Assembly: GCF_009914755.1 (NCBI RefSeq)
Contig: NC_060928.1
Strand: one strand, 5' to 3'
DNA from: the human T2T-CHM13v2.0 reference genome, Homo sapiens
Length of the DNA stretch: 64,000 nt
The translations under genes and the position numbers were made by a program. Of this stretch, positions 37,137 through 51,440 are shown in pieces. Every line of letters begins with the position of its first letter. Positions within the stretch are counted from its first letter, which is position 1. The notes under the pieces were generated by a model. That model had not been told where the DNA came from, made no database searches, and was given only the letters and a program-made list of their open reading frames with translations.

Positions 37137-38939
37137 GGTTGAGAACTCGAATATAAACTATGCTTTATTAAGAGCTGTAACAAAGATGCAACATGTCCTG
37201 AAAACATGGAAGGAAATATTGATTTTGACCAGAAGATCAAAGAGAAAACAAGTATGTGAATCTTTGAAAGAAGACTAGAGTTTAGTCTTATGCAATAAGG
37301 GCAGATAAAAGAACAACACTCTCATAAGAGGGATTGAATGCTTAAAAGTTTGGAGAACCACAAGAATCATGTAAAAGTGAACAATAAGCCACATGAGAAA
37401 TACTAAGAAACAAGTGAAACAGGTGACAAATTGGAAGTTTTGACTGAGGTGTTCATATACAATAGAATGCTGAACCAGATGAAACATTTCCAAGGATTTG
37501 GCTGAAAACCAGTTAGCTGACTCTTTTGAACTTCTCAGTGTATCAAATTGCAAAAGCATTGAAAAATAAAAGTGGGAAAATTAGATAGAAGGATTTCTTG
37601 AGAGAAACCTGCATTGGTGGATCTCTCCCTCTTCCATTATTACTTCTTCACATCAATTTAGTGAGAATTTCAATGGGGGGCCACTCAGAGGTTTTAATGT
37701 GTGTATCCTGTCATCAGGGATATGTCAGACTGCAACCGAACTCTGGCCCCGTGGTCTTTGCAGCAAAATGGGAGTTACAGCTCCACTTATAGCTAGTCAG
37801 ATATATGCAGATTTGAAGGACTGGCCATGGAAACTAAAGTGGGTTAGTTGCTTTGAAAGGGATTGTACCCAAGATGGTAGTCTTACATACTGAGTGAACC
37901 TCCAGCTGTGAGAGATTATGTGGGACCACTGGGAACTGAAAGAAATCTGGGGGACGCACCTCGGGGAGAGGACTTGCTCCCATGGTTAAATGCATTCAGA
38001 GAGGTTTAATATGAGTAAGAAATAGTAAACATTGGCCAGGACCAGAAAATGTGAAGCCATCTTATTTTAGCGTCAGTCAATGAGACTTCCCTTACCCTCT
38101 CTCTCTCCTTCCTACTCCAGGTTCCACCTTGGCATGGTCAGAAACAGCAGTTGACTAGTGAAGGAGGAAATGAATGAACAAAAAGGAAGATCTCTCTTTT
38201 CTACAGCAAGCAGTAGTTTCTCACAGCATCCAGCATAGGTAAAGAAAAGAGATTTGACTTTACATTAGCTTTTGAGCTTTGATTCATCTGTTTTACTGGA
38301 AAATTTAGTCACAGAATTTAGATTATGCATATAACTTAAAAGGAGTAAAAGAAAGAAAAAATCCAACAGGAAGAAAAAGGTTGTGAAGTTGTCTAAGTTT
38401 GCATCTAGGAGCAGGGGAAGGAGTACACATACGAAACAGGTTTAACGGGATGGTGAAAGATTAAAAAGTAAGTTACTTTTATAATTGTATTTCATTAATT
38501 CTTTTCAACATATAGGTTACTCAAGACAAAAAGAGGAGTTTGGATGAAATGGCATAGGGCTGACTACTGGACTAAGAATTCTGGATTTTATTCTGCAAGC
38601 TGGTGGAGACACATCAAAGGGTATTGAACAGGAGGCTGACAGGATTACATCTCTGTGTTACAGACATTAGGTCTTTGCATAAAAGTATATGCTCCCTTAT
38701 ATTATACACTTACAGAGGGCTGGCTTTGTTTAACTTGTCCTACATAACTTTCAGTACTGAAAGTGAGCATTATACCATTGATGAGGTTGCTATTAAACCT
38801 ATGTAAAACATCTGTGCTATCAATAATTTCAGGTATTGTTATAAAAATCAGATGAAAGAACTGGATATCATAAGAAAATTTACAACAACTAAACATATAG
38901 AAGAGATTTTTAAAAAGGCCTAAAAAAAGGATGCTGCAA

Positions 38940-39520
38940 TGGTTAACTAGGAGCACAATAACGTTGCATAATGAAACCAACAAATTCTCAGAGTCTTATA
39001 ATCATAAGGCTTTGTTTAGTTAATGTGGCTATGGGTTAGCTGGAATTGGCTGATTTGGACTGGGTTCAACTGGGGCAACTCAGTTCTGCTTCATGAGTCA
39101 CTCATTTTCCCCTTGGGACCAGCAGGCTATCCCAGACATGTTATCTCACAGTGATAGTAGAGATGCAAGAGGACGGGTAGAAACATGAAAGTGCTTTTAA
39201 AGCCTTAGGTTATGACATGCCAGCTAACATTCAATGATTAAAGCAAGTCACATAGCCAAATCTAAGTTAAAGGGTGAAGAAAGAGTTTATATTTTTTGTG
39301 GGAGTAACTTCAAACTCACATGGCTAGTTAATTTTATATGTCAACTTGACTGGGCCATGTGGTGCCCAGACATTTGGTAAAACGTTATTCGGGGTATATC
39401 TGTGAGCTTGTTTCTAGATGAGATTAATATTTAAATCAAAGCCTGAATAATACACATGGCAAAGGGCTTTCATACAGGGAATGGTGAAGACTCAGGGCCG
39501 CTAATATAATCTACCTACAT
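38940..39520 (-). mobile_element. MLT1 (MLT1J/I-like) LTR with nested MLT2 remnant
   Basis: AAAGCAAGTCACATAGCCAAATCTAAG...CACATGGCAAAGGGC...TACAGGGAATGGTGAAGA. Confidence 0.7.
39324..39454 (+). mobile_element. Internally deleted MLT2 (B/C/D-like) LTR
   Basis: GTTAATTTTATATGTCAACTTGACTGGGCCATGTGGTGCCCAGACATTTGG...CCTGAATAATACA, flanked by CATGG on both sides. Confidence 0.75.
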
Positions 39521-41009
39521 AGTTACCTAAATCAGTGCCATTTAATAAAAAAAAGAGACAAAAAATATGTTCAAAATACAGCCCCCCGCCACACACAGAA
39601 TCAAATACCATGCAACAAATGCCACAGTTATTATCAGTAATACCAACAATAGTATTGCTAAATTTGATGTCTGTGAGATAGGATAGGTGGCTTTAAACCT
39701 TCTTACTGAAAATCTAAGTGAATATTGAGAGGGAAACCATATGTTCTTCAATAGTAGTGGAATTAAGGCAAACTCTAGGCAGATGGAGGTGAGGGCAATG
39801 GACATTTCTGCTTGATCATTTGGTTTTTATCAGTATTTACTGTACTGCTGGATACTAGGGGCCCCATGGCAGCTGGGTGTTGATTAGACCTCCTTCAAAA
39901 CCTTGGGTATGAAGACATGTCTGAATTACGCAGGGGTGCTAGATTCTAGTGCTTTAGCCTGAGACTTTCTACTGAGGCAATCCTTCCAAGGGTCTCATGC
40001 CTCAAGGCCTAAAGCACCAGGTTTAGGTGCTTTTTGTGGTAAAGGGAGGAAGTACAGAATACCTTATTTCTCTGTAACTGCCCTCACCCATGCGTCTCAT
40101 GCTGCTTGTATTAAGCTTTAGATTTATTTTGTCTAACAGTTCTTTTACCTTTATGCTATCTATATTATTTATTTTGTTTGTTTTTATTTTTTCTTTATTT
40201 GATTTTTATAATTTTATCCTTCTATTATTCTCTTTGAGCAAATTATAACTGTGTACTTTCTTATATTTTAAGTTTCTTTTTTAACTTTACTTTTAAAAAT
40301 AGCAGCCCGAAAGCTAACATCCCCTAAGGGTAATAGTTGTGTGGATGGTTGGTGCCCTAGCCCTTCTCTCCACTAACAGTTCATGGTACCTCGCCGTAGC
40401 CTTTCTTTAAGAGACACATCTTGGTGTGAAACACACACACACACTGCAGCTACAACTGAGCTGCAAAGCAGTCTGGAGTGCAAGGGAGATTTCTGCTTTA
40501 TTCTGTAACCTGACTTGACAAACCCAGCAGAAGATTTACAAGAGTTCTCTGTCTCCTTCTAAAGGAAGGTGGGAACAGCAGGTAGTGGAAATTGGGATGC
40601 ATTGCCGGGGCGACAGGAGGACAGCTTGTACTTCTTTTCTGCCAGGGCTGTCTGTGTTCTCTGCCGAAGCAGACACAATCAGTTTCTAGCGTAGGCTGTC
40701 TGGCACCAACTGTATTTACCATGGTTTATTCTTGGGATTCCTCTAAAAGGGCATGTGACATTTTTTTTTTTTTTTTTTTCAAAACCTAAGAAGGACCTGC
40801 TAAAATGTGGGGATTGATAATGGAACCTACTTGGGGCCCAATTCTGGGAGCTCATTTGAACCAAAAGGGACTAGATACAGGCCTTTTTACATCTGAGTCT
40901 TCCATAACATAAATTGTCAATGTTATTCCAGTTAATTAAACACATTAAAGGGAAAAAATCAATTAATATTGTAGTAGGTATGGTAAGAATAGACCAACAT
41001 TCCGAAAAC

Positions 41010-41190
41010 AAATCCTAGCTCTATGCTTCTTAATACCTAGAGTTTGTTAGCAAGAGTCACAGCTTTCTCTATGACTCAGTTTCCTTTTCTGTATAATGAT
41101 GATAATAATATTATGTACCTCATCAGATTCTTGTGAGGAAAAAATAAGTTACAAGCATATGCACTGCATAAACATTTGTTAAATAAGAAT
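41010..41190 (+). mobile_element. MIR fragment
   Basis: CTCAGTTTCCTTTTCTGTATAATGATGATAATAATA...TACCTCATCAGATTCTTGTGAGGA. Confidence 0.7.
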
Positions 41191-41739
41191 TTATGCAGAC
41201 ATATGTAAATACATCAGCTGCCTGACTATTGCTTCCTGGCCAATAATTACAAGAGAGGAGTGGGACTTCCATTCATTTGGAAGTTGAGAGAGCAGGCTCA
41301 GGGAGGAGGAATCACCCATTACCCATACCTTCTCTTGGTGTAGATGCTGAGTGAGTCCTGCTTAGGGTATAAAGAATATCAACACCTCAGCCTGATTGAA
41401 GGTGAAGTGAATCTTGCTACCAGAGACTTGGTATCTGGATGAAGGGTGATCCCAGGGCACCGAATTCTTCCTATCATAGTGCACACTCCCATGTTGACCA
41501 GTGTCTGTAACAGAAGATCTCCTGCTTTGGAGGCTGCTCCCTTTCTGAACCTGGAGTGCTGCCTGGCTCTCAGCAGATGAATCTTGTTTACTACATCTGC
41601 AGCCAGTAGTTTCCTGTTATGCAAAAATCAGTGGCTCCTAAACATAGTTCCCAGACCCACCAGACTCTTGGTTTCACCTGTCACAAGAATGAGAATATTC
41701 CCCATTAAAAGTATTTTCCTCTATGGTTCCCTAAGTAAG

Positions 41740-42910
41740 TCACAGTGCCATCCACTGAGGTAAGCAGGCCCCCAAACCAAAAGCCATTCTGAACACCTGT
41801 CTGCTCATCCCAAAATATGTCGCCAATCACAAAACAAGTCAATGGCCCCTCCTAAGCAACTCTAGAGTCCATCTACTCCCCTGCCCTGCACTGCCACCAC
41901 AATTGTCACTCCTGAATTTCTACACCGGCCTCTGACCTCACCTCCTGCATTGAGTCTTGGCTTCTTCCAACCCGTTCTCTGGACTGAAGCCAAGATTACA
42001 TTTTTTTCGTAGAAAATCTGTTTATGTTACTCCCTTAATTTAAACTTTTCAGTGGGTTTTCCAATACTTTTTAGATAAAAAGCAAAGTAATCAACATACC
42101 TGGGCTCCAAGGCTGCCATTCTGATCCTGCTGCTTCACTCCTTGCTCCCACACACATCGCTCAGTCGCTGCAACACCCTCAAGGCCTCTCACCTCAGGCA
42201 CATGCTCTTCCCTTGGCAGGATATACTCCTTCCCCCGCTGCCCCCATGTGACAAGTGTATTCTTACTCGTCCCTCAGAATGCCATCCATCTTAGACCTCC
42301 TGGGCCACCATAAAAGAATACCACAGACTGAGCTGCTTAAATAACATTTTTTTTTTTTTTCTCACAGTGCTGGATGCAGAAAGTCCAAGATCAAGATGCC
42401 AGTGGGATTGGTTTCTGGTGAGGCCTCTCTTTCTGGCTTGCAGATGCTGCCTTCTCTCTGTTTCCTCACATGGTCTTTCCCGTATGTGCACACTCTCCTG
42501 ATGTCTCTTCCTCTTCTTATGAAGACACCAGTCCTATCGGATGAGGGTTCCAATCTTGTGACCTAATTTAGCCTTAATTATCTCCTTAAAGACCCTATCT
42601 TCTGGTGAAATCACATTGGGGATTAGGGCTTCAATATATAAATTTGGAAGGGGAACCCTGTTTGGTTCATAACACCACCTAAGCACTACTTCCTCAAGGT
42701 TTCTCAAACACATACAGTTTAGTCAGAACTACCTGTTGTACAGTTCCCAAACTATAAATAATTTTTTAAATTACTTGTTCAATGGCTGTCTCTCCTAGTA
42801 GTCTATAAGCTCCATGAAGGTAGTTACTTTTCATACCTTGTTTTCCGACTTGTCTTCTATATATCTTCCAATACATCCTCCAATGCCTAGCATAGTGCCT
42901 TGTAAGTGAA
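41740..42910 (+). mobile_element. L2 fragment split by an MLT1 LTR
   Basis: CACTGCCACCAC...TTCCAACCCGTTCTC...TTAAACTTTTCAGTGG; resumes after 42675 with CTATAAGCTCCATGAAGG...AATGCCTAGCATAGTGCCT. Confidence 0.65.
42287..42674 (-). mobile_element. MLT1A/B solo LTR
   Basis: AATACCACAGACTGAGCTGCTTAAA...TCTGGTGAGGCCTCTCTTTCTGGCTTGCAGATG...TTCATAACA; TSD CCATC / CCACC. Confidence 0.88.
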
Positions 42911-43095
42911 TTCAAACTAGGGTGCTTTTGTTAAAAAACAAAAAACACAGCTTCTGAATGTTAACAACTCCCTATATTAGACGAGAGATCACCTCACCCC
43001 TTGGATAGTTTTTGGGACTAGCCAGGTGCTCTCAGACAGAATAGGTTCTATAGTGATTTGGGTCCTTTGGTCTTATCTTTTAATCTCACACTGTT

Positions 43096-43520
43096 TTCTA
43101 TAGTTTGGATGTTTTTCCTCTCCAAATCTCGTGTTGAAATGTGATCTCTAATGTTGGAGATGTGGCCTAGTGGGAGGTGTTTGGTTTGTGGAGGGGGGTC
43201 CCTGATAAATAGATTAATGCCCTCTTGCAGTGAGGAGGTGGGGAATAAATTCTCACTTTATTAGTTCCCATGAGACCTGGTTGTTAAAAAGAGCCTGGCA
43301 TTTCCCCTGCCTCTCTTGCTTCCTCTCTCTCCATGTGATCTCTGCACATATTGGCTCTGCTTCGTCTTATACCATGTGTGGAAACATCTTGAAGCCCTCA
43401 CCAGAAGCAGATGCTGGCACCATGCTCTGTACAGCCTTCAGAACTGTGAGCCAAATAAACCTCTTTTAAGTTACCCAGCCTCAGGTATTCCTTTATAGCA
43501 ACATCAAATAAACTAAGACA
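43096..43520 (+). mobile_element. MST (MSTB-like) solo LTR
   Basis: CTATAGTTTGGATGTTT...AGCAGATGCTGGCACCATGCT...CTGTGAGCCAAATAAACC...CTTTATAGCAAC...ACTAAGACA. Confidence 0.9.
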
Positions 43521-46500
43521 CTAGTTTTGCTTGATAATATGGTAAATTTTATACTGCCAGCTCTCCTCCAAAATCCTTCCCTATCACTAACCCTTCATAT
43601 CCAATTTGTCTGCTATCTACTAATATCTCTCATAACCACGTAATCTTCTTTTATCCTTTTCTGCTTTTCCTCATCACTTAGTTCCTACATTTCTATAGTA
43701 ATTCTAACTAGATGTATCTATTTCTCCCTAAAATTCCCACCTGTTCTTCCCATGCTATTTGGATAAAAAATAATGAATACCACAAGTCTACAAATATCTT
43801 AAGTGGCTGACCCCTGCCTATGGTGTTGTCCTTTGCTCTCAGGATCATGTCCAAACTCTTCATGACAGTTTATTAAGTCATCTTAAAATCTAAACTTTGT
43901 TTTATTGTCCAGCTTCATCTTTCACCAGCCTAAACCGCTTCCCTTCCCTCAACTCCCCTTGATCTTTCTCATCCATGGCCTTCATGACACTGTTTTTTCT
44001 TTCTGGAGTCCATTCTGTTATTCTTCTGGCTCACTCCATCTCTCTACCCCCATGGTTGGTACTGTCTCCAAGAAAATAACCACATTCCCCAAATTTGAGT
44101 CTGAGGTCTTTTCTGTAGGTTTTCATCACACCCTGTTCTTTTCCATCTCAGATATCATAATTTTTCTCTTGATAAGGCTACTATTCTCTGCTCAATCTAA
44201 CTTGATTTTCTTAAATGGGAGGGAGTTGTTTCATTAAAATAATGTGTACATATCTCCTAAAATCCATGGCAACAAAAGATAGCCAGACTTCAGAAGTGCC
44301 TGGAGCTGGGAGGTGGAAAACCATTGAAAATGAAGCCAACCAACTGTTAGATACTATGCCTCCTCCCCTTCTTTTCCCTATTCCTCTCTTCATCGGTTTA
44401 TGATTCTTGTCTTCATGAGATTAGCTTCTTTGACTTCATCACAAGGGAAAAAGTAACCACCTTGTAGCTTTTGATTTCAAGTAGGAATGGATGAGGAGAG
44501 TGATTCTGATCAGCCCGGCATGAGCACGTGTCCTCCACTGAGCCAAATAGCTCTATCCAGGAAGGCAAAGTCATTTAGTATCAACTCCTTCTGGAGACTT
44601 CACATTTTGGGGTTAAAAATCATATCTAAGAAAATGTCACCCTTATTGCTGGACTAAACAGTGCCTTTGTGTAAACTCTAAAAAGCTGCTCATTTCTCAA
44701 CAAAAGTTTACTGCTTAAGGCTAGAAATTTATTATAATAAGTGTACTTATATATGTATAATGACTACAAATGTACACATGTATCAAAAAGCCTTCGATGA
44801 GGTTCTTATGAACTGATTGTATAGGTACGTCAAGTGACTTTCTTTAATAAACATTAAAAATGAAGCTTATTATTATTGGCAATTGTCCTTCTATTTTGCA
44901 AATTGATGCAGTATAAGTATTGCAGAAAAGAATGCCAAGTTTATTGTATGAGATTTTAGGGAAAAAACTATATTCTCACTTATCCAAACATAAATTTTTT
45001 AGAAGGACCTCATAGTAGCTACTTATAAAAATGCCTATATTATACATAATTATCAAACTTGAAGATAATTTTTGTGAATTTTTCAACTTAAATTGTCAAT
45101 CTCTGCAAGGCATGCTGATTGGAATTAGAAACGTATTACATCTGAATGCTATGGGCTCAGAGCCTATCTCCAAATCACTTAGTGACTTAATGTCACATTT
45201 AACCTCTACCATATTGTCACCCTCTTGCCAGATCTCTAAATTATAAAGCTTCCTTTTAATAATCACATTTGTTTATGACCCCCACACTCATAGTTATGGT
45301 TTAATCTGAAGATAACTTGATCCTTTTTATTCATAGCAGATGAAGAGCAAATAAATAACAGAACATGTGTTGGTGTATACAAAAAATGATGGGGTTGAGA
45401 AGCCAAGGTATCTTATTGTTTGACAGAAAGGCAGAAAGCAGATTTAGAATATTTTGGAAAGAATATTGAATGATGGGTAAAGGGCCCATGGTATCTTCCG
45501 TAAACACAACTCATGTGGTTACATTTTCTTCAAACGAAACAGGAACTAGCAAAATGTCATAACAACACTCAAGTATGACACGAAGAGATCTTAACGCTGA
45601 TGTGAAGGAGCAGTTAATCAAAACGAGAAAAGAGTAACTGATCAGCTGAACTTAAAGTTATAAATGCAAGTAACCAGAATAAGCTAGCTCAGGATCTAGT
45701 AAATTAAAAAGACCCCTATCTTCTCTGATTTGCTCATTTCCTGTACAGCAGCTATGTTATAGACCAAGTTGATGTTTCTGATATACAGACATATTTAGCA
45801 GTCTTCATAGCATGCTCCCTCAATAGACTTTACTGATAAAACATTATATAGTGTCAAAAATTTCCTCAAGCAGTTTGCTGGCTAAGCTTCCCACAATTTG
45901 AGAGTGAGAGGGTTAAGTGTTGTGATCATAAACCTTACAGTAATTGCTCTCAGACCTATTAGCAAAATGTCTTGCATAGAGTGTCATCCTGCCATTCCCC
46001 ATGGGTCCTGTTCACTAACCCCTTGCATTTTGACAGTTATTATCATCCAAGCACAAAACATCACTGCTGCAACATGGAGCTATCTGCATAGTAATGTATC
46101 AACATTACTTGGTCTCCAAGAATAACTGTTAAAATCCTGCTATTATTTGGAATCTGAAAAAGGAAAGGCAAGCTTTTGCATTTATTTTTAAAAGACACTA
46201 ACAACAAAATTAGTTTTGGTTGAAATCACAAGAAATACAACTATGTACATCTCATTCTAAAGCAATGTTGCCCAAGTTACAGAAATAAGAAGTCATTGGT
46301 AGACTTTATGCACACTCACTTTGAAAACATTGCATGAGAAGTTCTGAGGAAGCTGTTTTAGCAAAATAGAATGTTTTTCCTTCCTAACTCTTCTTTTCTC
46401 TGGGATGCTTGCATTATAAAATATGTTCCATTCTTCAGGATTGCCCATCTCTCCTTTATTCCTATATATTTCTTTATTTGTAGGCTTAGTTTAATTGGAT

Positions 46501-46959
46501 TGTTTTCCACTCCTTAATCATATTTCAGGGAGCAACTGTAATAAACAAAGAACTTCCTGTGTAGCAATGTTGAATCCTCATTCCCTCATTCATTAAATAA
46601 ATTTTGTACTCAATTTTTAAACTAACTGACTAGAATTAATTAATTTGTCTTTTTATTCATTCACTTATTGACTAAGTGCCTATGATATTGTGAATATACC
46701 GGACACTCTCCTAGGTATTGGGTATACAAGAAAATGCATTGATTATGCTCTGGAAAAGCTCATTTTCTGGCAATGGATTGTAGTCTCTGGTTATGTAATG
46801 AGTCAGCGATGAGATACTATTATGGTGGTCTCATTCACATACATCTAACTTACCTTGAAACCTGACCGTGGTTTATTTACTCATCTTTAAATAAAACAAT
46901 GCCTATGGAATACTAAATTTTGCAGAAAATGTGTAATTAGTTAAGTGTTCAATTCAATA

Positions 46960-47762
<803 letters not shown>

Positions 47763-49107
47763 TGTATAATATGCTCTGATGTGAAAAGCTCACAATCCAG
47801 TAAATATACACACTGAAGACAGATTGATAAATGAGGCATAGTTAGTGAACACTATGGAATAGCAAACATTGACCAGAGAGGGAATATCTTATATAGGAAG
47901 TGTAAGATATAGAGATTATCTCATAAAAACAAGAGTCAAATTATGGATTGAAGATCAGCAGCTTTGAGGAGGAAGAGAGAGAAAATAAAGAGAGAAAACA
48001 AGCAGGATAGTGGGATGGTTTACATTCTTTTATTCAGAAGAATTAAGATAGCCAATAGTATCATAATTTTCCAGCTAGGTAGATTTAAATGTTTCTGTAA
48101 AAAGAATTACTCCTAAGACTTTATTTGTCCTTGCTTAAAATATCCCATTTTATGGCACTAGAATTTTATAAGAACAAACTATATGCAACTGATGGTGTAA
48201 ATTATGGTCAGCCTCAAGTGGCTAGCTCCGCTTTGGACAAAATCTGTGGAAGACTTTGAGAAATTTGTGCTACAGACAAGAATGAGTTCAGAGAGGGGTA
48301 AGAATGTAATTTGTATCAAAGGGATCAACTAGAGCATTCACATTGAAAAAGAAAGGAATATTCACTGTGTATTGATAACTCATTGCTCCTCATAAGGACT
48401 CTGGTCAGATATACCAAATACAAATCATGCAGGTATACATCTCAGTTTTCTTCCCATCTTCTCTGCAGTGCTACTTGAAGGGGCACCAAAAAATCATGAG
48501 CCCAGGACAGGACAGAGGTGGAACTTATTCTCCAGGTGCTCTACTTTGAAGTCAAGGACATCTTACCATCATCCTGGAGAGCTGGATCCTCCCAGAGTGA
48601 GTGAGTTGATAGGTACTCAACAGTCTTTTCAGTACTTAATCATTTCTCAGTCATTTTGCTTTTTATCTTTCGTAACAGCTCATTTTCATTTGGAGTCCTT
48701 GGTATCTTACTATGTAGTTTTTACATCTCCCTGCTTCAGTCATCTACAATTCCCCCATACTAATCAAAGAATTTGACCCCAGTATTTGTACTTCTTTCTA
48801 ACCTAAGGACTTTAATTATAAGTATTTTCTTGAATAATCCACAAACATATTGACTTTAGAAATTTTTTTTTTAAATCTGTTTTACTCTGACAACCTTCAA
48901 CTTTATCCACCATAGCTATCTACCTTCACAGCCATACCTTCAATCTTGTCATGATTTGGAACAATTCTAACTAAATCATTTCATACCAATGTTCAATGTT
49001 TTAACCATAAAATCCTAGGTTTCTAGGTTGCCTATGTCTTTAATCCCATTATGATCTCAGCATGGTATTACAGCATTCAACAAACATTTATTTATATATG
49101 TATTTAT

Positions 49108-51440
49108 TTTCTCTTTCAACTTTTATTTTAGATTCAGGGGGTACATGTGCAGGTTTGTTACCTGAGTATATCGCATTATGCTGAGGTTTGGGAACAAATG
49201 ATCCTTCACCCAGGTCCTGAGCATAGTACCCAACACTTAGTTTTCAACACTTGTCCTCTTTCCTGCCCCCCAGTAGTCCCCAGAGCCTATTGTTGCCATT
49301 TTTATGTCCATGAATACCCAGTGTTTAGCTCCCACTTGTAAGTGAAAACATGAAGTATTTCATTTTCTGTTCCTGCATTAATTCACTTAGGATGATGTCC
49401 CCCAGCTGCATCCATGTTTCTGCAAAGAACATGATTTTGTTCTTTTTTGTAGCTGCATAATATTCCATGGTGTATATCTGTTACATTATCTAATTCAACA
49501 CTGATGGTCACCTAGGTTGAGTCCATGACTTGAGTATTGTGAGCAGTGCTGTAATGAACATGCAAGTGCATGTGTCTTTTTATTAGAGTGATTTATTTTC
49601 TTTTAAATATATATGCAGTAATGGGATTGGTGGGTCGAATGGTAGTTCTATTTCAAGTTTTTTGAGAAATCTCCAAACATTTTTCCACAGTGGCTGAACT
49701 AATTTACATTCCCACTAACAATTTATAAGTGTTTCCTTTTCTCTACAGCCTTGCCAGCATCTGCTATTTTTTTGTCTTTTTTATAATACCCATTCTGACT
49801 GGTATGAGAGAGTATCTCATTGTGGTTTTGATTTGCATTTCTCTGATGATTAGTGAGTTGGAGCATTTTTTTCATATGTTTTTTGGCCACTTGTATGTCT
49901 TTTTTGAGAAGTATCTGTTCTTGTCCTTTGCCCTCTTTTAAATGGGACTTTTTTTTTTGTTTTTTTGTTTTTGTTGTTTTTTTGTTTTGCTTCTGAGCTG
50001 TTGAAGTTCCTTAAGATCCTGGATATTAGACCTTTGCTGAATGCAGAGTTTTTGAATATTTTTCTCTTATTCTGTGGACTGTCTGTTTACTTCGTTGATA
50101 GTTTATTTTGCTGGATGGAAGCTGTTTAGTTTAATTAGGGTCTCACTTGTCAATGTTTGTTTTTATTGCAATTGCTTTTGAGGACTTAGTCGTAAATTCT
50201 TTCCTAACGCCCATGTCTAGGATGGTGTTTCATGGTTTTCTTCTAGGATTCTTATAGTTTGAGGTCTTATATTTAAATCTTTAATCCATCTTGGTTAATT
50301 TTTGTATATGCTGAAAGGTATGGTCGAGTTTCATTCTTCTGCATATGGCTAGTAAGCTATCACAGCACCATTTACTGAGTAGGAAGTCCTAACAACATTG
50401 CTTATTTTTGTTGACTTTGTCAAAGATTAGATGGCTGTCAGAGTGTGGCTTTATTTGTGGATTACCTTTTCTGTTCCATTGGCCTATGTGTCTGTTCTTA
50501 CACCAGTATTGTGCTGTTTTGGTTATTGGAGTCTTATAATATATTTTTAAGTCAGATAATAAGAAACCTCCATATTTGTTATTTTTGCTTAGGATTGCTT
50601 TGGCAATTCCAGCTCCTTTTTGGTTACATATGAATTTTAGAATAGTTTTTTTGCGGGTTATGTGAAAAATGATCTTGGCAGTTTGATAGAAATAGCATTG
50701 AGTCTATAGATTGCTTGGGCAGTGTGGCCAATTACTATTAAATCCATGAGCTTTTAATGTTTTTCCATTTGTTTGTGTCGTCCATGATTTCTTTTAGCAG
50801 TGTTTAGTAGTTCTCCTTGTAGAGGTCTTTTTTTCCCCCTTCTAGGCTAGAGGAGTTTCTAGATATTTTATTTTTTTTCTGGCCATTTTAAATGGGATTA
50901 CATTCTTAATTTGGCTCTCAGTAAGGATATTATTGGTGTATAGAAATGTAACTAATTTTTGTACATTGATTTTTATATTCTGAAATCTTATTGAAGTCAT
51001 TTATCAGTTCCAGGGGCGCTTTGGTGAAGTCCGTAGGGTTTTCAAGATATAGAATCATATTGTACACAAGGACAGATAGTTTGACTTCTTCTTTTCCTAT
51101 TTGGATGTCTTTTTTTTTTTTTTTTTTTTTTTCTCTTGCCTGGTTCCTCTAGCTAGCCCTTCCAGTACCATGTTGAACAAGAGTGGTAAGAGTGGGCATC
51201 CTCGCCTTGTTCCAGTTCTCAAGAGCTGTGCTTCCAGTGTATGCCCCTTCAGTATGATGTTGTTTGTGAATTTGTCACAGATGGCTCTTATTATTTTAGG
51301 TGTGATCCATCAGTGCCTAGTTTGTTGAGGGTTTTTAATATAAAGAGATGTTGAATTTTCTCAAAAGCTTTTTCTGTACTATTGAGGAGATCATATGGTT
51401 TTTGTTTTTAATTCTGTCCTCATGTTGAATCACATTTAAT
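49108..51440 (-). mobile_element. 5'-truncated L1 (old L1PA/L1PB), ~2.3 kb, degenerate ORF2 3' part
   Basis: CAACTTTTATTTTAGATTCAGGGGGTACATGTGCAGGTTTGTTAC, then continuous antisense L1 (CTCATTGTGGTTTTGATTTGCATTTCTCTGATG; GAGTGGGCATCCTCGCCTTGTTCCAGTTCTCAAG). Confidence 0.93.
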
